Positions 1-9,777 of a stretch of DNA of 64,000 nt are shown here, piece by piece. Origin of the DNA: Patescibacteria group bacterium (GTDB lineage Bacteria > Patescibacteriota > Microgenomatia > Levybacterales > UBA12049); the NCBI GenBank assembly GCA_035457005.1, contig DATICB010000011.1, forward strand, positions 4,098 to 68,097, in the 5' to 3' direction. The notes beneath the pieces were generated by a model. It made no database searches. It had not been told where the DNA came from and worked only from the letters and a program-made list of their open reading frames with translations. The translations under genes were made by a program, and so were the position numbers. Each line of letters begins with the position of its first letter. The first letter of the stretch is position 1.

Positions 1-632
1 TGCATGCGTGGCCTGAATATTACGATAACGATAAACATACATGGGTCATGGTTGATCCAACATGGGGCAACACAACAGGGGGAGTGGACTATTTTCACCT
101 TCTGGATTTTGATCATGTTGCGTTTGTTGTCAAAGGAGTCAGCAGCACGTATCCTGTTCCGGCCGGTGGATACAAATTTACAAGCGATCAAAACAGGAAA
201 GACGTATCAGTAGACGTGACACAAGAAACAATCACTGACCAACCAATCTTAAGCATGAAGTTTACCATGCCAGAAAGTGTTGCCTCTGGACTGCCTATTG
301 GCGGCAGCGCAACATTGGAAAATACAGGATCTGTACTTTTCCCATCACAACCAATGCAGGTTACCACAACACGTCTTAAGCCGCTCGCGCAATTTGTGAG
401 TAGTCCGGCAATCCCACCATTTGGTACAGTCACCAAGCAAATTGCTTTTGACAAAACACCATTTTTGACAAATCTTCATGACACAATTACAATTACGCTT
501 GATGGAAAGTCGGTTACCAGTAGCATTGCTGTTGTTCCGGTTACCAGACAAATTCTGATCATTGGAGGTATTAGTGTTGCTTTATTCATCACATGCATAT
601 GGCTCATTGCCAAAAAACCCTGGCGTCTATGA
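1..632 (+). CDS. Transglutaminase-like domain membrane protein, 5' truncated by window edge
   Basis: Frame from nt 3 reads HAWPEYY...[14 protein letters not shown] (transglutaminase-like His/Asp motifs); C-terminal TM helix. Confidence 0.75.
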   Translation, partial: HAWPEYYDNDKHTWVMVDPTWGNTTGGVDYFHLLDFDHVAFVVKGVSSTYPVPAGGYKFTSDQNRKDVSVDVTQETITDQPILSMKFTMPESVASGLPIGGSATLENTGSVLFPSQPMQVTTTRLKPLAQFVSSPAIPPFGTVTKQIAFDKTPFLTNLHDTITITLDGKSVTSSIAVVPVTRQILIIGGISVALFITCIWLIAKKPWRL

Positions 633-1856
633 ATTTCTCAGTGAAAAAGGGGAGATTTTGTATGTGGGGAAAGCGAAAAATCTTAAAAACCGTGTCAGCT
701 CCTATTTTGCTAATCCCAACATACTAGTGGGCAAAACCGCTGTTTTGGTATCCCAGGTAAAAAAATTCGCATTACCATTGTTGAGTCAGAGCTGGAATCA
801 CTCCTTCTAGAAGCAGCTCTTATTAAAAAGCACACGCCAAAATATAATATTCGCCTCACAGACGGAAAATCATATCCACTTATTCGTATTACTACAAAAA
901 CACCTTTTCCTGCAGTTCTTACTGCCAGACGACAAGACGACAATAAATCTGAATACTTTGGCCCCTATCCCAATGCCACAGCAATGCATAAAGTGCTTCG
1001 ACTTCTTCGTCGAATTTTTCCTTATCAATCTGTTTTAAATCATCCTAAAAAAATTTGTTTGTATCATCATTTAGGACTGTGTCCGTGTCCGCCAACATTT
1101 GCGACGAGTGAACAAAAACAGCAGTACAAAAAAACAATCAAACATATTATTGGATTTTTGGAAGGAAAATCAAAATCTGTTGTAAAAGAATTGGAGAAAG
1201 AAAGAAGTACGTATGTAAAATCTGAGGAATTTGAAAAAGCAGAAGACATACAAAAACAACTCGATGCAATTGCTCGTGTGACCGAACCATTTACCAATCC
1301 TTTTGAGTATGTAACTAATCCCAATCTTGTAAGCGATGTTCGCGAAAATGAAATGAAAACATTACAGCAAATTTTAAAAGATAACGGAATTATTATTGAT
1401 CTTCCAAAAAGAATTGAATGCTATGACAATTCCAATATTCAAGGTACCAACCCAACATCATCGATGGTAGTTGCAACAAATGGGGAAATGGACAATAGTC
1501 AGTATAGAAAATTTAAAATTAAATCGGTGAAAGGACCAAATGATTTTGCCTCAATGCAAGAGGTCTTGCAAAGACGTTTGAATCACGCGGAATGGCCATA
1601 TCCACAACTTCTTGTTGTTGATGGTGGAAAAGGACAGGTGAGTGCAGCAAAAAAAGTTTTGGATGGACTGCAACTTTCACTTCCACTCATTGGTCTTGCC
1701 AAAAGGGAAGAAACAATTATTACAGAAAGTCTGGATGAAATACATATTCCCAAATCTTCTCCAGCGCTGCAGCTTATCATGAGGCTTCGAGACGAGGCAC
1801 ATCGGTTTGCCATTACCTTTCATAAATCACTTCGCAACAAATCTACTTTCTCGTAA
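574..1856 (+). pseudogene. uvrC: Excinuclease ABC subunit C, frameshifted at A7 run 759-765 (start approximate)
   Basis: N-terminal GIY-YIG ([24 protein letters not shown]) in 562..810; a -1 shift gives [25 protein letters not shown], running into ORF 984..1856 with RIECYD, VVDGGKGQ, RDEAHRFA. Confidence 0.9.
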
Positions 1857-3198
1857 CCGTGTAATTATAAGGAAAATAAAGAAATGACGCAGGCTGTTCG
1901 TCTTGCAAATATTTTTGGAAATCCTGATAAATTTTTACGCGCTCTGTTGTATCTGTTGTTTTTCGACCATTTTCCAATAAATTATCTATACGAGTACTTT
2001 TAAAATTTGTAATGTTATTTTCTTGAAACGAATGCCACAGCGTATATTGGTCTGGATCTTGTGGCACATTAAAATCCCCTAAATAAATTTGAAAAACCTG
2101 AGGGATTGTGTCGGTCAATGTAATATTTGTTGTTATACCAACTTTTTTCCACGACGCTTGAATTTGTTTTGCCAAGTTTTCAAATTTAGGAAATGTTGTA
2201 ATTGTTAGCTTAGGGTATGCATGCGCATCTGTTCCGAGTGATGCTTGCAAAAGCAAATTAGCGTGTTCGGTATCCAAACTTCTATCCAATCCATTATTGT
2301 ATGCAAAAGAAAAAGGCGGTAAGGACGTCGCAGCACGTTCACCTTCTGAAAAGGTATTAGGGAGCGCATAAGACAATCCATCACGGAGCCTTTTGTCTGA
2401 TAAGTTTTTATCTTGTGTATTGTAAAAAAGTGCAACAAGTTGCGTGTAGTCAGTGCTTTTCACAATATGCGTGTGAGGGAATTGCGCAAATGTTGTTTTC
2501 TCAAATGTGATCGTTGATAAATTAAGTGCAGTCGTAATTTCTCCCAATGAATATGCAACTTTTAGACTGTCTTGTGTTGGATAAAATACATAAATTTTTA
2601 ATGCTGGTGTTGCGTTGTTGCTGGTAAGTGTCAGACTTTGTAAAAATTGTCCATTACTTTGCACTTTTTTAATTCTATACGGCCCAATACCAATATATCC
2701 GGATTTTAAAATAGGCCTTGCCACTGTTGTAAGAAATGGTGAGTAGCTATCTTGTAACGTATACACAAGCGTGTATGCATCGGGACGTTTTATCGAGACA
2801 TGAGAAAATGAAAATTGCACATCTGAAGAAGTGAGAGGACTCCCATCAACAAAAGTAATATTTTTTTTCAAATGAAACACATACGTTTTTCCATTGTTTT
2901 GTATTTGCCAGGACGAGGCAACATCAGGTTGTGGAATTCCGGCACTATCAATGCGGGTCAGACCCCGTGATATATCTTGTGTTACCGAAGGTGGTAAAGT
3001 TTGAAGTGTATAAACACCAGCAATACCGACTGTTTCTTTACTCACCCCTGTGAATGCAGCAATAATGTAGGGAAAAGATGATTTTAAGACAAAAAAGATC
3101 GCAAGACCAAAAAGAAAACAAGCCAAAAGAATACGACCCCATCGACGTAAATACGCCCGTAAAATCCAAAAAATAAGCCTTCGTTTTATAACGATCAT
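1843..3198 (-). CDS. ABC transporter substrate-binding protein, family 5 (OppA/DppA-like)
   Basis: N-terminal TM; GKTYVFHLKKNITFVDGSPLTSSDVQFS and GIGPYRI signatures. Confidence 0.85.
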   Translation of the reverse strand: MIVIKRRLIFWILRAYLRRWGRILLACFLFGLAIFFVLKSSFPYIIAAFTGVSKETVGIAGVYTLQTLPPSVTQDISRGLTRIDSAGIPQPDVASSWQIQNNGKTYVFHLKKNITFVDGSPLTSSDVQFSFSHVSIKRPDAYTLVYTLQDSYSPFLTTVARPILKSGYIGIGPYRIKKVQSNGQFLQSLTLTSNNATPALKIYVFYPTQDSLKVAYSLGEITTALNLSTITFEKTTFAQFPHTHIVKSTDYTQLVALFYNTQDKNLSDKRLRDGLSYALPNTFSEGERAATSLPPFSFAYNNGLDRSLDTEHANLLLQASLGTDAHAYPKLTITTFPKFENLAKQIQASWKKVGITTNITLTDTIPQVFQIYLGDFNVPQDPDQYTLWHSFQENNITNFKSTRIDNLLENGRKTTDTTERVKIYQDFQKYLQDEQPASFLYFPYNYTVTRK

Positions 3199-3201
3199 AG
3201 A

Positions 3202-3417
3202 TTATCTGTGGTACAGAAGTAGCAGTGAAATGACCGCAAACAAAACTGCCAACATAATCGTTGCAATGTAAAGAAACCTCTCAACACTTCTCTTACTTCG
3301 GTAAAATTCTCCTGCTCCGCCGAAAGCAGTTGAAAGTCCAGATCCTTGCATTTGCAATGCAATACACACAATAAGAAGTACCGCAACAACAATTTCAATA
3401 ACAAGTAAAAGTATCAT
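3202..3417 (-). CDS. secG: Preprotein translocase subunit SecG
   Basis: 71 aa, two TM helices around LQMQGSGLSTAFGG. Confidence 0.9.
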   Translation of the reverse strand: MILLLVIEIVVAVLLIVCIALQMQGSGLSTAFGGAGEFYRSKRSVERFLYIATIMLAVLFAVISLLLLYHR

Positions 3418-4415
3418 AAAAGAGAAACGATTTTTTCTGCCAATTTATCACTATCATGTCTCACAAGACTTCTCACCAAACTATCAGCTCGTGATTTGAC
3501 AATTTTTTGACTACCAATCAGTGGTGCTCGTATTATACGATAATACGCTTTTTCTGCCAAATCATCAATCACAGGGTACTCTTTCATGTGCTCATATTTT
3601 TTCAACATTGCCTTAGTGTATGTTTTTGTGTTGACCAAAACACCATCTAATGTTTTCCCAATAAAACTTTCTAGTACTGCAATATGGTCTGATGCTTTGT
3701 ACCCGTATGTTTGACCATATTTTGTCATAAGATTCATAACATACACTTTTTTTGCTTTTGATTTTTCGATCGCTTTTGCCACACCCTCTACCAACAAATT
3801 AGGAAGAAGACTTGTATATAAATCGCCAGGTCCCAGGACAATAAGATCGGCAGCAGCTATTGCATCGAGCGCCTGCTGGTTGGGTTTTGCTTTGGGTTTA
3901 AGGTAAATATTGGTAATCCGTAATTTTCCATCGTGGGTTGGCTCGTCAATAAAATGCTCCTCGGTGACTGTTTTCCCATTTTCATATGTTGCGAAAAGGT
4001 TGGTGTTGGTAAAGGTAACAGGAATAACCGTGCCATTAATTCGCAAAACCTTGCTTGTTGCATGGATTGCCGCTTCTTGAGAGCCCAAAATATCGGACAG
4101 CGCTGCCATAAAAAGGTTGCCAAATGTCATACCTTTTATACCTTCTCCTTTTTCAAATCGGTACATAAAAAGTTGACGAAGAATGCCTGACTTTCCTTTT
4201 TCTGCAGAAAGAGCAATAAGACATTGTCGTATGTCAGAGGTGGGAAGTAGACCAAATTCATCTCGAATCCGCTTATTGCTCCCGCCGCTGTCGCTCATCG
4301 TGACAATCGCAGAAAGATTCAGAGGATAATTTTTTAAGCCGTTAAGAGCGACAAACGTTCCGGTTCCACCGCCGATACAAACAACGTGTTGTTTTTCTAG
4401 TCTGTGCCGACCCAT
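3414..4415 (-). CDS. YvcK/UPF0052 (CofD-like) family protein
   Basis: IGGGTG, DSGGS, PTSDIRQCL, LGPGDLYTSLLPNL motifs; start trimmed to ATG 4415. Confidence 0.9.
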   Translation of the reverse strand: MGRHRLEKQHVVCIGGGTGTFVALNGLKNYPLNLSAIVTMSDSGGSNKRIRDEFGLLPTSDIRQCLIALSAEKGKSGILRQLFMYRFEKGEGIKGMTFGNLFMAALSDILGSQEAAIHATSKVLRINGTVIPVTFTNTNLFATYENGKTVTEEHFIDEPTHDGKLRITNIYLKPKAKPNQQALDAIAAADLIVLGPGDLYTSLLPNLLVEGVAKAIEKSKAKKVYVMNLMTKYGQTYGYKASDHIAVLESFIGKTLDGVLVNTKTYTKAMLKKYEHMKEYPVIDDLAEKAYYRIIRAPLIGSQKIVKSRADSLVRSLVRHDSDKLAEKIVSLL

Positions 4416-4801
4416 GTTAAGAAGGAGTATACCCCAGAAAGCACCATTGACGCAACCAAATAGGCAAACCATTTATTCAAAGCAATTGGTGGAATCGCAA
4501 ATCCAACAAACGATATTCCCGGTAAAGTAAATGGCAAAACACTTACCTGTGCAACAAAAACAGTAAGGAAAAAAAGAATTACTGCATTCACTAAAAATGA
4601 AACAAGACCAAATGTCAAAAGATTCAAGGGCATGGAAAGCAAATCAAGAATTGGTTTAAGAATAAGCATCATGAGTGACAAAACAATTCCCGTAATAATG
4701 TAAATTTGCAGTCCTCCTTGCAAATGAAATCCTGACAAAAGCTGTGTCGTAACAAAAAGAGCAATGGTGTAGAAAAGAAATCGGCGCAAAAGTCCTTTCA
4801 T
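4397..4801 (-). CDS. Phage-holin-like 4-TM membrane protein (YvlD family)
   Basis: KPILDLLSMPLNLLTFGLVSFLVNA motif; ATG 4801 is 6 nt after TACAGT. Confidence 0.8.
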   Translation of the reverse strand: MKGLLRRFLFYTIALFVTTQLLSGFHLQGGLQIYIITGIVLSLMMLILKPILDLLSMPLNLLTFGLVSFLVNAVILFFLTVFVAQVSVLPFTLPGISFVGFAIPPIALNKWFAYLVASMVLSGVYSFLTWVGTD

Positions 4802-4878
4802 ATATACACTGTAACAAGTCTTGAAAAAACAATCAATCTGGACAAAAAGATGCTTTTTGTATAGTATGGTGATGCCGC

Positions 4879-6123
4879 ATGAAAACAATAAAAGTATCAA
4901 TACAGGATGAGCACACACTCGTGCTTCAAGAGATCGGACAAAAAGGTGACTTAATCGATTTAAAGTCAATTCATGAAGTTGATATTGATAAATCTACAAT
5001 TGAGAATGTAATAAATTCAATTAAAAGGGATGAGTTTAATGCTCAACTAGAGAAAGAGACAAAAACTATTGAGACCAAAATGGAATTGCAAGCAAAATTG
5101 AAAGAGAAGGAAATTATTGACCGCGCAAAAGATGCCCTTTCTAAAAAAGATCAAGAAATTTTAACATTAAATTCCAAAATTGAAGTTATTGCAAAACAAA
5201 CGGAATCAGATACTAAATTGAAAGATCTTGAAGAAAAACAAAAAATTATGGATGATTACCGTCAAAAATTAAGTGAAAAAGATACCGAAATTAGTGAAAT
5301 AAAGCACAAAGGTGAATTAGAGGTTGAAAAGTTAAATGAAAAACTTAGGTCTAGCGAGACAGCATTAGTTTCATTAAAAGAAATGAGATCGAAAATGAGT
5401 ACCAAGATGATTGGCGAATCCTTAGAGACACATTGTGAAAATGAATTTAATAAAATTAGGCCATTTGCTTTCCCTAACGCAAAATTTGGCAAAGACAATA
5501 CAGTCTCAGGAACCGGCTCAAAAGGCGATTATATTTACCGAGAGTCTGATGAAGATGGGAATGAAATTCTATCAATCATGTTTGAGATGAAAAATGAAGA
5601 AGATGGTACTGCAACAAAACACAAGAATAAAGATTTTTTTAAAGAACTTGACAAGGACAGGAAAGAAAAAGATTGCGAATTTGCCGTATTGGTTAGCTTA
5701 CTTGAAAAAGATAATGAATATTATGATGACATAGTTACTGTTCACGAATATTCAAACATGTACTCCATTCGACCCCAACATTTCATTACAACAATCGGTT
5801 TTTTACGCCAAGGAAACATAAAATCACAAGAGCTACGACGTCAGATTCAAATTTTAAAAAATCAAAATATAGATGTTACTAACTTTGAAAATAACATGAA
5901 CGCATTTAAAGATGCTTTCGCACGCAACTATAACCTTGCCTCGGATCAATTTGCTAATGCAATAAAGGAAATTGATAATACAATTGACCATTTAAACAAA
6001 GTGAAAGAAAATCTATTGAAGTCTGATAATAACTTGCGACTCGCCAATAATAAGGCGATTGATTTATCAATAAAAAAATTGACAGCAAATAGTCCGAGCG
6101 TAGCAAAAGCATTTGAAAAATAG
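4879..6123 (+). CDS. DUF2130 family coiled-coil protein
   Basis: Long coiled coil followed by STKMIGESLE, KGDYIYR, SIMFEMKNE, KHKNKDFFKELDKDR. Confidence 0.8.
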   Translation: MKTIKVSIQDEHTLVLQEIGQKGDLIDLKSIHEVDIDKSTIENVINSIKRDEFNAQLEKETKTIETKMELQAKLKEKEIIDRAKDALSKKDQEILTLNSKIEVIAKQTESDTKLKDLEEKQKIMDDYRQKLSEKDTEISEIKHKGELEVEKLNEKLRSSETALVSLKEMRSKMSTKMIGESLETHCENEFNKIRPFAFPNAKFGKDNTVSGTGSKGDYIYRESDEDGNEILSIMFEMKNEEDGTATKHKNKDFFKELDKDRKEKDCEFAVLVSLLEKDNEYYDDIVTVHEYSNMYSIRPQHFITTIGFLRQGNIKSQELRRQIQILKNQNIDVTNFENNMNAFKDAFARNYNLASDQFANAIKEIDNTIDHLNKVKENLLKSDNNLRLANNKAIDLSIKKLTANSPSVAKAFEK

Positions 6124-6196
6124 AATCTACCGTTCTACACAGTAAATAATTAGAAACCTTGTCATTTGAAGATGGAGAAAGCGAGAAAAATGTTTT

Positions 6197-7138
6197 TTAC
6201 AAAGCGAGGATAACAATTGTTCCGATCACTGCTGCTACTGCACCAATCAACCCGACTCCAATCACCACATCACCAGGACCAGTTGGTGGAAGCGTTGGCT
6301 TTGGTGTTGTTGTAGGCGGTGTCACGGTTGGTGTTGCCGTCGGCGTTGGTGTATCAGTTGGTGTAATTGTTGACGTTGGCGTGGGCGTAGGTGTGTCTGT
6401 TGGCGTCACTGTTTCCGATGGAGTAGGTGTTTCTGTAGGAGTTGAAGTCGGTGTGTCGGTGGGTGTAATCGTTGGTGTAGGAGTTGACGTCGGCGTTGCT
6501 GTTGGTGTGAGACTTGGTGCAGCACAATCTGCTGTTTTTGCCCAACAGAATCCATATCCTAAAACATTTGCAGACGAGCTTTGATCAAATGGCGATGTTC
6601 CAAATGTGCATGTTTGCCCATTCAAGGTATAAGACAAAACAAAGTCAGTTTGGTATCTTCCGCACGCACCAAAATTAACACCACCTTCTACGGGATTTAC
6701 TGTCACTGCAAATGACTGAGGACTACTGGTCACGGTAATTGTCTTGGTATTATCCTGTTCATTCTTCAGACACGCAAAAGAATTGGTAGGATCTCCGCCT
6801 AATTCTGCTGCATTTTTACACCAAAAACCAAACCATTTTACCTGTACGTTGGAGTATGTCCCACCATCTGCAGACACAATATAGGCAGTTGTTGTGTATG
6901 ACGTTAAATCGGGTCTTCCACCGTTATTACATGCAGCAGGAGATTCAATAATCGACGTTACCTTAACATGTCCGCAGCTATCCAATCCTCCTTGGTACAG
7001 TGCAGTACTTGCTTTTTGCTGGGTCTGTTGCTGCTGCTGACCATACCAAACAGTAAGAGGAATTGCGACAAGAAGAATAAGCAAAAGAAGTAATGCCAAA
7101 ACTTTCTGTACTGTTTGTGTTTGAAAAAATGAAAACAT
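6197..7138 (-). CDS. Cys-containing surface protein with Thr/Pro stalk and LPPTG sortase-type signal
   Basis: N-terminal TM, six Cys, (TPT)n tract, LPPTG plus hydrophobic C-terminus. Confidence 0.8.
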   Translation of the reverse strand: MFSFFQTQTVQKVLALLLLLILLVAIPLTVWYGQQQQQTQQKASTALYQGGLDSCGHVKVTSIIESPAACNNGGRPDLTSYTTTAYIVSADGGTYSNVQVKWFGFWCKNAAELGGDPTNSFACLKNEQDNTKTITVTSSPQSFAVTVNPVEGGVNFGACGRYQTDFVLSYTLNGQTCTFGTSPFDQSSSANVLGYGFCWAKTADCAAPSLTPTATPTSTPTPTITPTDTPTSTPTETPTPSETVTPTDTPTPTPTSTITPTDTPTPTATPTVTPPTTTPKPTLPPTGPGDVVIGVGLIGAVAAVIGTIVILAL

Positions 7139-7218
7139 AGATACTACGTCCTCTTTTTAGCTTAGAGCGCAATATCACACTTGTCAATTGACAACTTTTC
7201 CGAAACAATACACGTAGT

Positions 7219-8325
7219 GTGAAAAAGTATCTTCCGTGGATTGTCTATGCATTTTCTTTTCTTGCATTTTCATACACGCTTTATTCACTTATAAAAGTAG
7301 CAACAACATTTCAGCCAGACTTTAGTATTTTTTACTACGCTGCACGAGATGTATTGCATGGAATTACTCCGTACAACGATAAAACATTATTTACGGCTTT
7401 TAATTACCCGGTTGCAACAACGATTTTTTTCATGCCTTTCACATTTTTTTCATTTAAAATATCACAAAGTATTTTTACTATTACTAATGCAGTAGCACTT
7501 TTTTCAGCCATTCTTTTCACCTATAAATCACTACAAAAGAAAATCGTTGTGTGGCAATTTTTAGTAGTTGCAAGTTTTGCACTTTTAGCGTTTCCAACAA
7601 AATTTACTTTTGGCATGGGGCAGACCAATCTGATTGCTTATGCATTGTTGCTGGCAGGATTTTTCCTTTTTTCAAAGACAAAAAGAATAAAAAGCGCATT
7701 CCTATTTTTTCTTTGCGCCATGTTACTCAAACCAATTTTATTCTTTACACTTCTTGTATTTCTGTTTGAAAAACAATATACATATTTTTTCTCTCTTTGT
7801 ATCGCAATAGCGTTCTTTGTTTTTCTCATTCCAATTCTTTTCCATCTACCAAATAGTAATGTAATTTTTTTGCAAAACATACTACATCAGAGTCTTGCTG
7901 GTAGGGAAGTGTACTATAATCAAGGATTTTTAGGCTTTATTGCACGACTAACAAACAATTTGGCACTACGAACTATTGTTACCACTGGTATAACAGTACC
8001 ACTTCTTTTCTTTGTTTTTTGGAAAATCCGCAGTATTTCATTTGTTAGCAAACTATCGCTACTTCTGACAACGCTCCTCCTTATAGATCCACTTTCTTGG
8101 CAACACCATTTTGTCTTTCTTCTTCTCCCATTTTTACTTACGTATTTTTTAGTGACTAAACAAAAACTTCATCAAAAATTTTATTTACTACTTTTTGTCA
8201 TGTCTTATCTTTTTGTAGCATGGAATTTTAAAACACCACAAATATTTCAATCATTTCCTCTTATACTTTCCAATCAATTGTACGGCACAATTCTCCTCCT
8301 CTTCTTACAGCTCAAACTGTTGTAA
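7219..8325 (+). CDS. GT-C glycosyltransferase (GT87/DUF2029-like)
   Basis: Polytopic; PDFSIFYYAA, FNYP, GQTN, LKP, PLSWQHH motifs. Confidence 0.85.
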   Translation: MKKYLPWIVYAFSFLAFSYTLYSLIKVATTFQPDFSIFYYAARDVLHGITPYNDKTLFTAFNYPVATTIFFMPFTFFSFKISQSIFTITNAVALFSAILFTYKSLQKKIVVWQFLVVASFALLAFPTKFTFGMGQTNLIAYALLLAGFFLFSKTKRIKSAFLFFLCAMLLKPILFFTLLVFLFEKQYTYFFSLCIAIAFFVFLIPILFHLPNSNVIFLQNILHQSLAGREVYYNQGFLGFIARLTNNLALRTIVTTGITVPLLFFVFWKIRSISFVSKLSLLLTTLLLIDPLSWQHHFVFLLLPFLLTYFLVTKQKLHQKFYLLLFVMSYLFVAWNFKTPQIFQSFPLILSNQLYGTILLLFLQLKLL

Positions 8326-8334
8326 AATACAACA

Positions 8335-8787
8335 ATGAATACAATCATTTACTTTACCCAAAAGGGCTTGGACGAAAAAAGAAAAGAGTATGACAAATTA
8401 CTACAAGAACGTCCTGATGCGGTAAAAGAATTAGCAAAAGCTCGGGAAATGGGGGATTTATCAGAAAATGGATACTACAAAGGCGCACGATTTAAACTTT
8501 CTCAAATAGATAGAGATATACGTCACCTTAAATATATTCTTAAAATGGCACGGGTAAAAGAGCCAACAGGAAATGGGATAGACATTGGCTCAACTGTCAC
8601 CCTTTCCAATGGGCAACAAGAGAAAACATATGAAATTGTTGGGACCTACGAATCAAATCCATCTCTGGGAAAAATTTCCCTTGATTCTCCTCTTGGCAAA
8701 TTATTGAAAAATAAAAAAGAAGGGGACAATGTAGAATTACTCACTGGAGACAAGAAAACAACCTATACGATAACACAAACCTCTTAA
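8335..8787 (+). CDS. greA: Transcription elongation factor GreA
   Basis: AREMGDLSENGYY, GKISLDSPLG. Confidence 0.92.
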   Translation: MNTIIYFTQKGLDEKRKEYDKLLQERPDAVKELAKAREMGDLSENGYYKGARFKLSQIDRDIRHLKYILKMARVKEPTGNGIDIGSTVTLSNGQQEKTYEIVGTYESNPSLGKISLDSPLGKLLKNKKEGDNVELLTGDKKTTYTITQTS

Positions 8788-8833
8788 TTGCCTTATAGTT
8801 TACAAATTACTCTCCTGGTGCTATGATCTTCGG

Positions 8834-9295
8834 ATGTTTCGCAAAAAAGCTGAGAGTTTAAGAAATCTTCCAAGAAGTATTCGTGAAAGAAATAGATTAG
8901 GTATAAGTGTTGGTTTTTCGGTAGTTTCCCTTCTTGTTCCTCCTGTTGGTCCTGGCATTGCAGGCGGAATTGGCGTATTCAACAGCGGATATGAGCTCAA
9001 TGATGTGCGAAGAGGTAAACCACGAGCAAGTATTGTTAGAACAGGGGTCTATGCAGCTCTTGCAGCATCTGAATTTTATCTGCAGTTTCAAGGCAACCAA
9101 GTTTATTCATGGGAAAACGATATTTTGAATCATTTCGGACACCATATGCCAGGCTTCATGGACTATGTCGCAAGATATGTTCCAGGAGGCGGTATAGGAC
9201 TTATAACGGGACTAGGCACAAATACAACAAATTGGGAGCTTATTAGAGCCTGGAGACAAAGACGAAGTAATTTAAGAGAAGCTAGACTTCGGTAA
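8834..9295 (+). CDS. Orphan membrane-associated protein with Gly-rich hydrophobic segments
   Basis: 153-aa ORF; TTTACA-17-TATGAT promoter 6 nt before ATG. Confidence 0.65.
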   Translation: MFRKKAESLRNLPRSIRERNRLGISVGFSVVSLLVPPVGPGIAGGIGVFNSGYELNDVRRGKPRASIVRTGVYAALAASEFYLQFQGNQVYSWENDILNHFGHHMPGFMDYVARYVPGGGIGLITGLGTNTTNWELIRAWRQRRSNLREARLR

Positions 9296-9311
9296 AACTA
9301 TAAGAAAGATT

Positions 9312-9539
9312 TTAGACAAATTGCGGATCCCGACGTGGCGACAAAGGCTGCGTGCTACCTGCGCCTGGCCGCAGATCACCTGTTTCATAATCTGGAAAAG
9401 GGTGCGCATAGCGACTTGAATGTGGAATCGGAGAAAAAAACCCTCCTTTGCCCTCATCCAATATTGGACCTCGGAGTCCTAACAAAGGCCCGCTTGGCCT
9501 TGGGTAACTTGAGTATTGATCTCCTTCTGATTTTCCCAT
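9312..9539 (-). CDS. Small Pro/Gly-rich orphan protein
   Basis: TTGACA-17-TATAGT lies 7 nt before ATG 9539 (MGKSEGDQ...). Confidence 0.55.
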   Translation of the reverse strand: MGKSEGDQYSSYPRPSGPLLGLRGPILDEGKGGFFSPIPHSSRYAHPFPDYETGDLRPGAGSTQPLSPRRDPQFV

Positions 9540-9579
9540 AGTGGCTACTATACTAAAAAGAAGAAATTTTGTCAAAATG

Positions 9580-9651
9580 TGAGCCGGCAGGGATTCGAAC
9601 CCTGAACCTAAGGATTAAGAGTCCTTTGCTCTACCGTTGAGCTACCGACCC
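9580..9651 (-). tRNA. tRNA-Lys(CUU)
   Basis: Cloverleaf; anticodon arm AAGGA-CTCTTAA-TCCTT; T-loop TTCGAAT. Confidence 0.95.
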
Positions 9652-9777
9652 AGGCACACAAAAGTATAGCAAATTTCCCAATGCTTTGCAGGCTGAAAAA
9701 GATCTCCAAACATATTGCTGACAACTCCAACTCTTGCATTATTCTAGTCATTTCTCTATACTACATTGCCCTGTAGT

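Noticed and set aside
4397-4801. Holin as evidence of a prophage
   Set aside because: YvlD-like family commonly sits beside yvcK in chromosomes; no phage genes nearby.
6159-6584. Val/Gly-rich plus-strand ORF (and similar 26726..27112 minus)
   Set aside because: Antisense shadows of Thr/Pro repeat tracts in real surface-protein genes.
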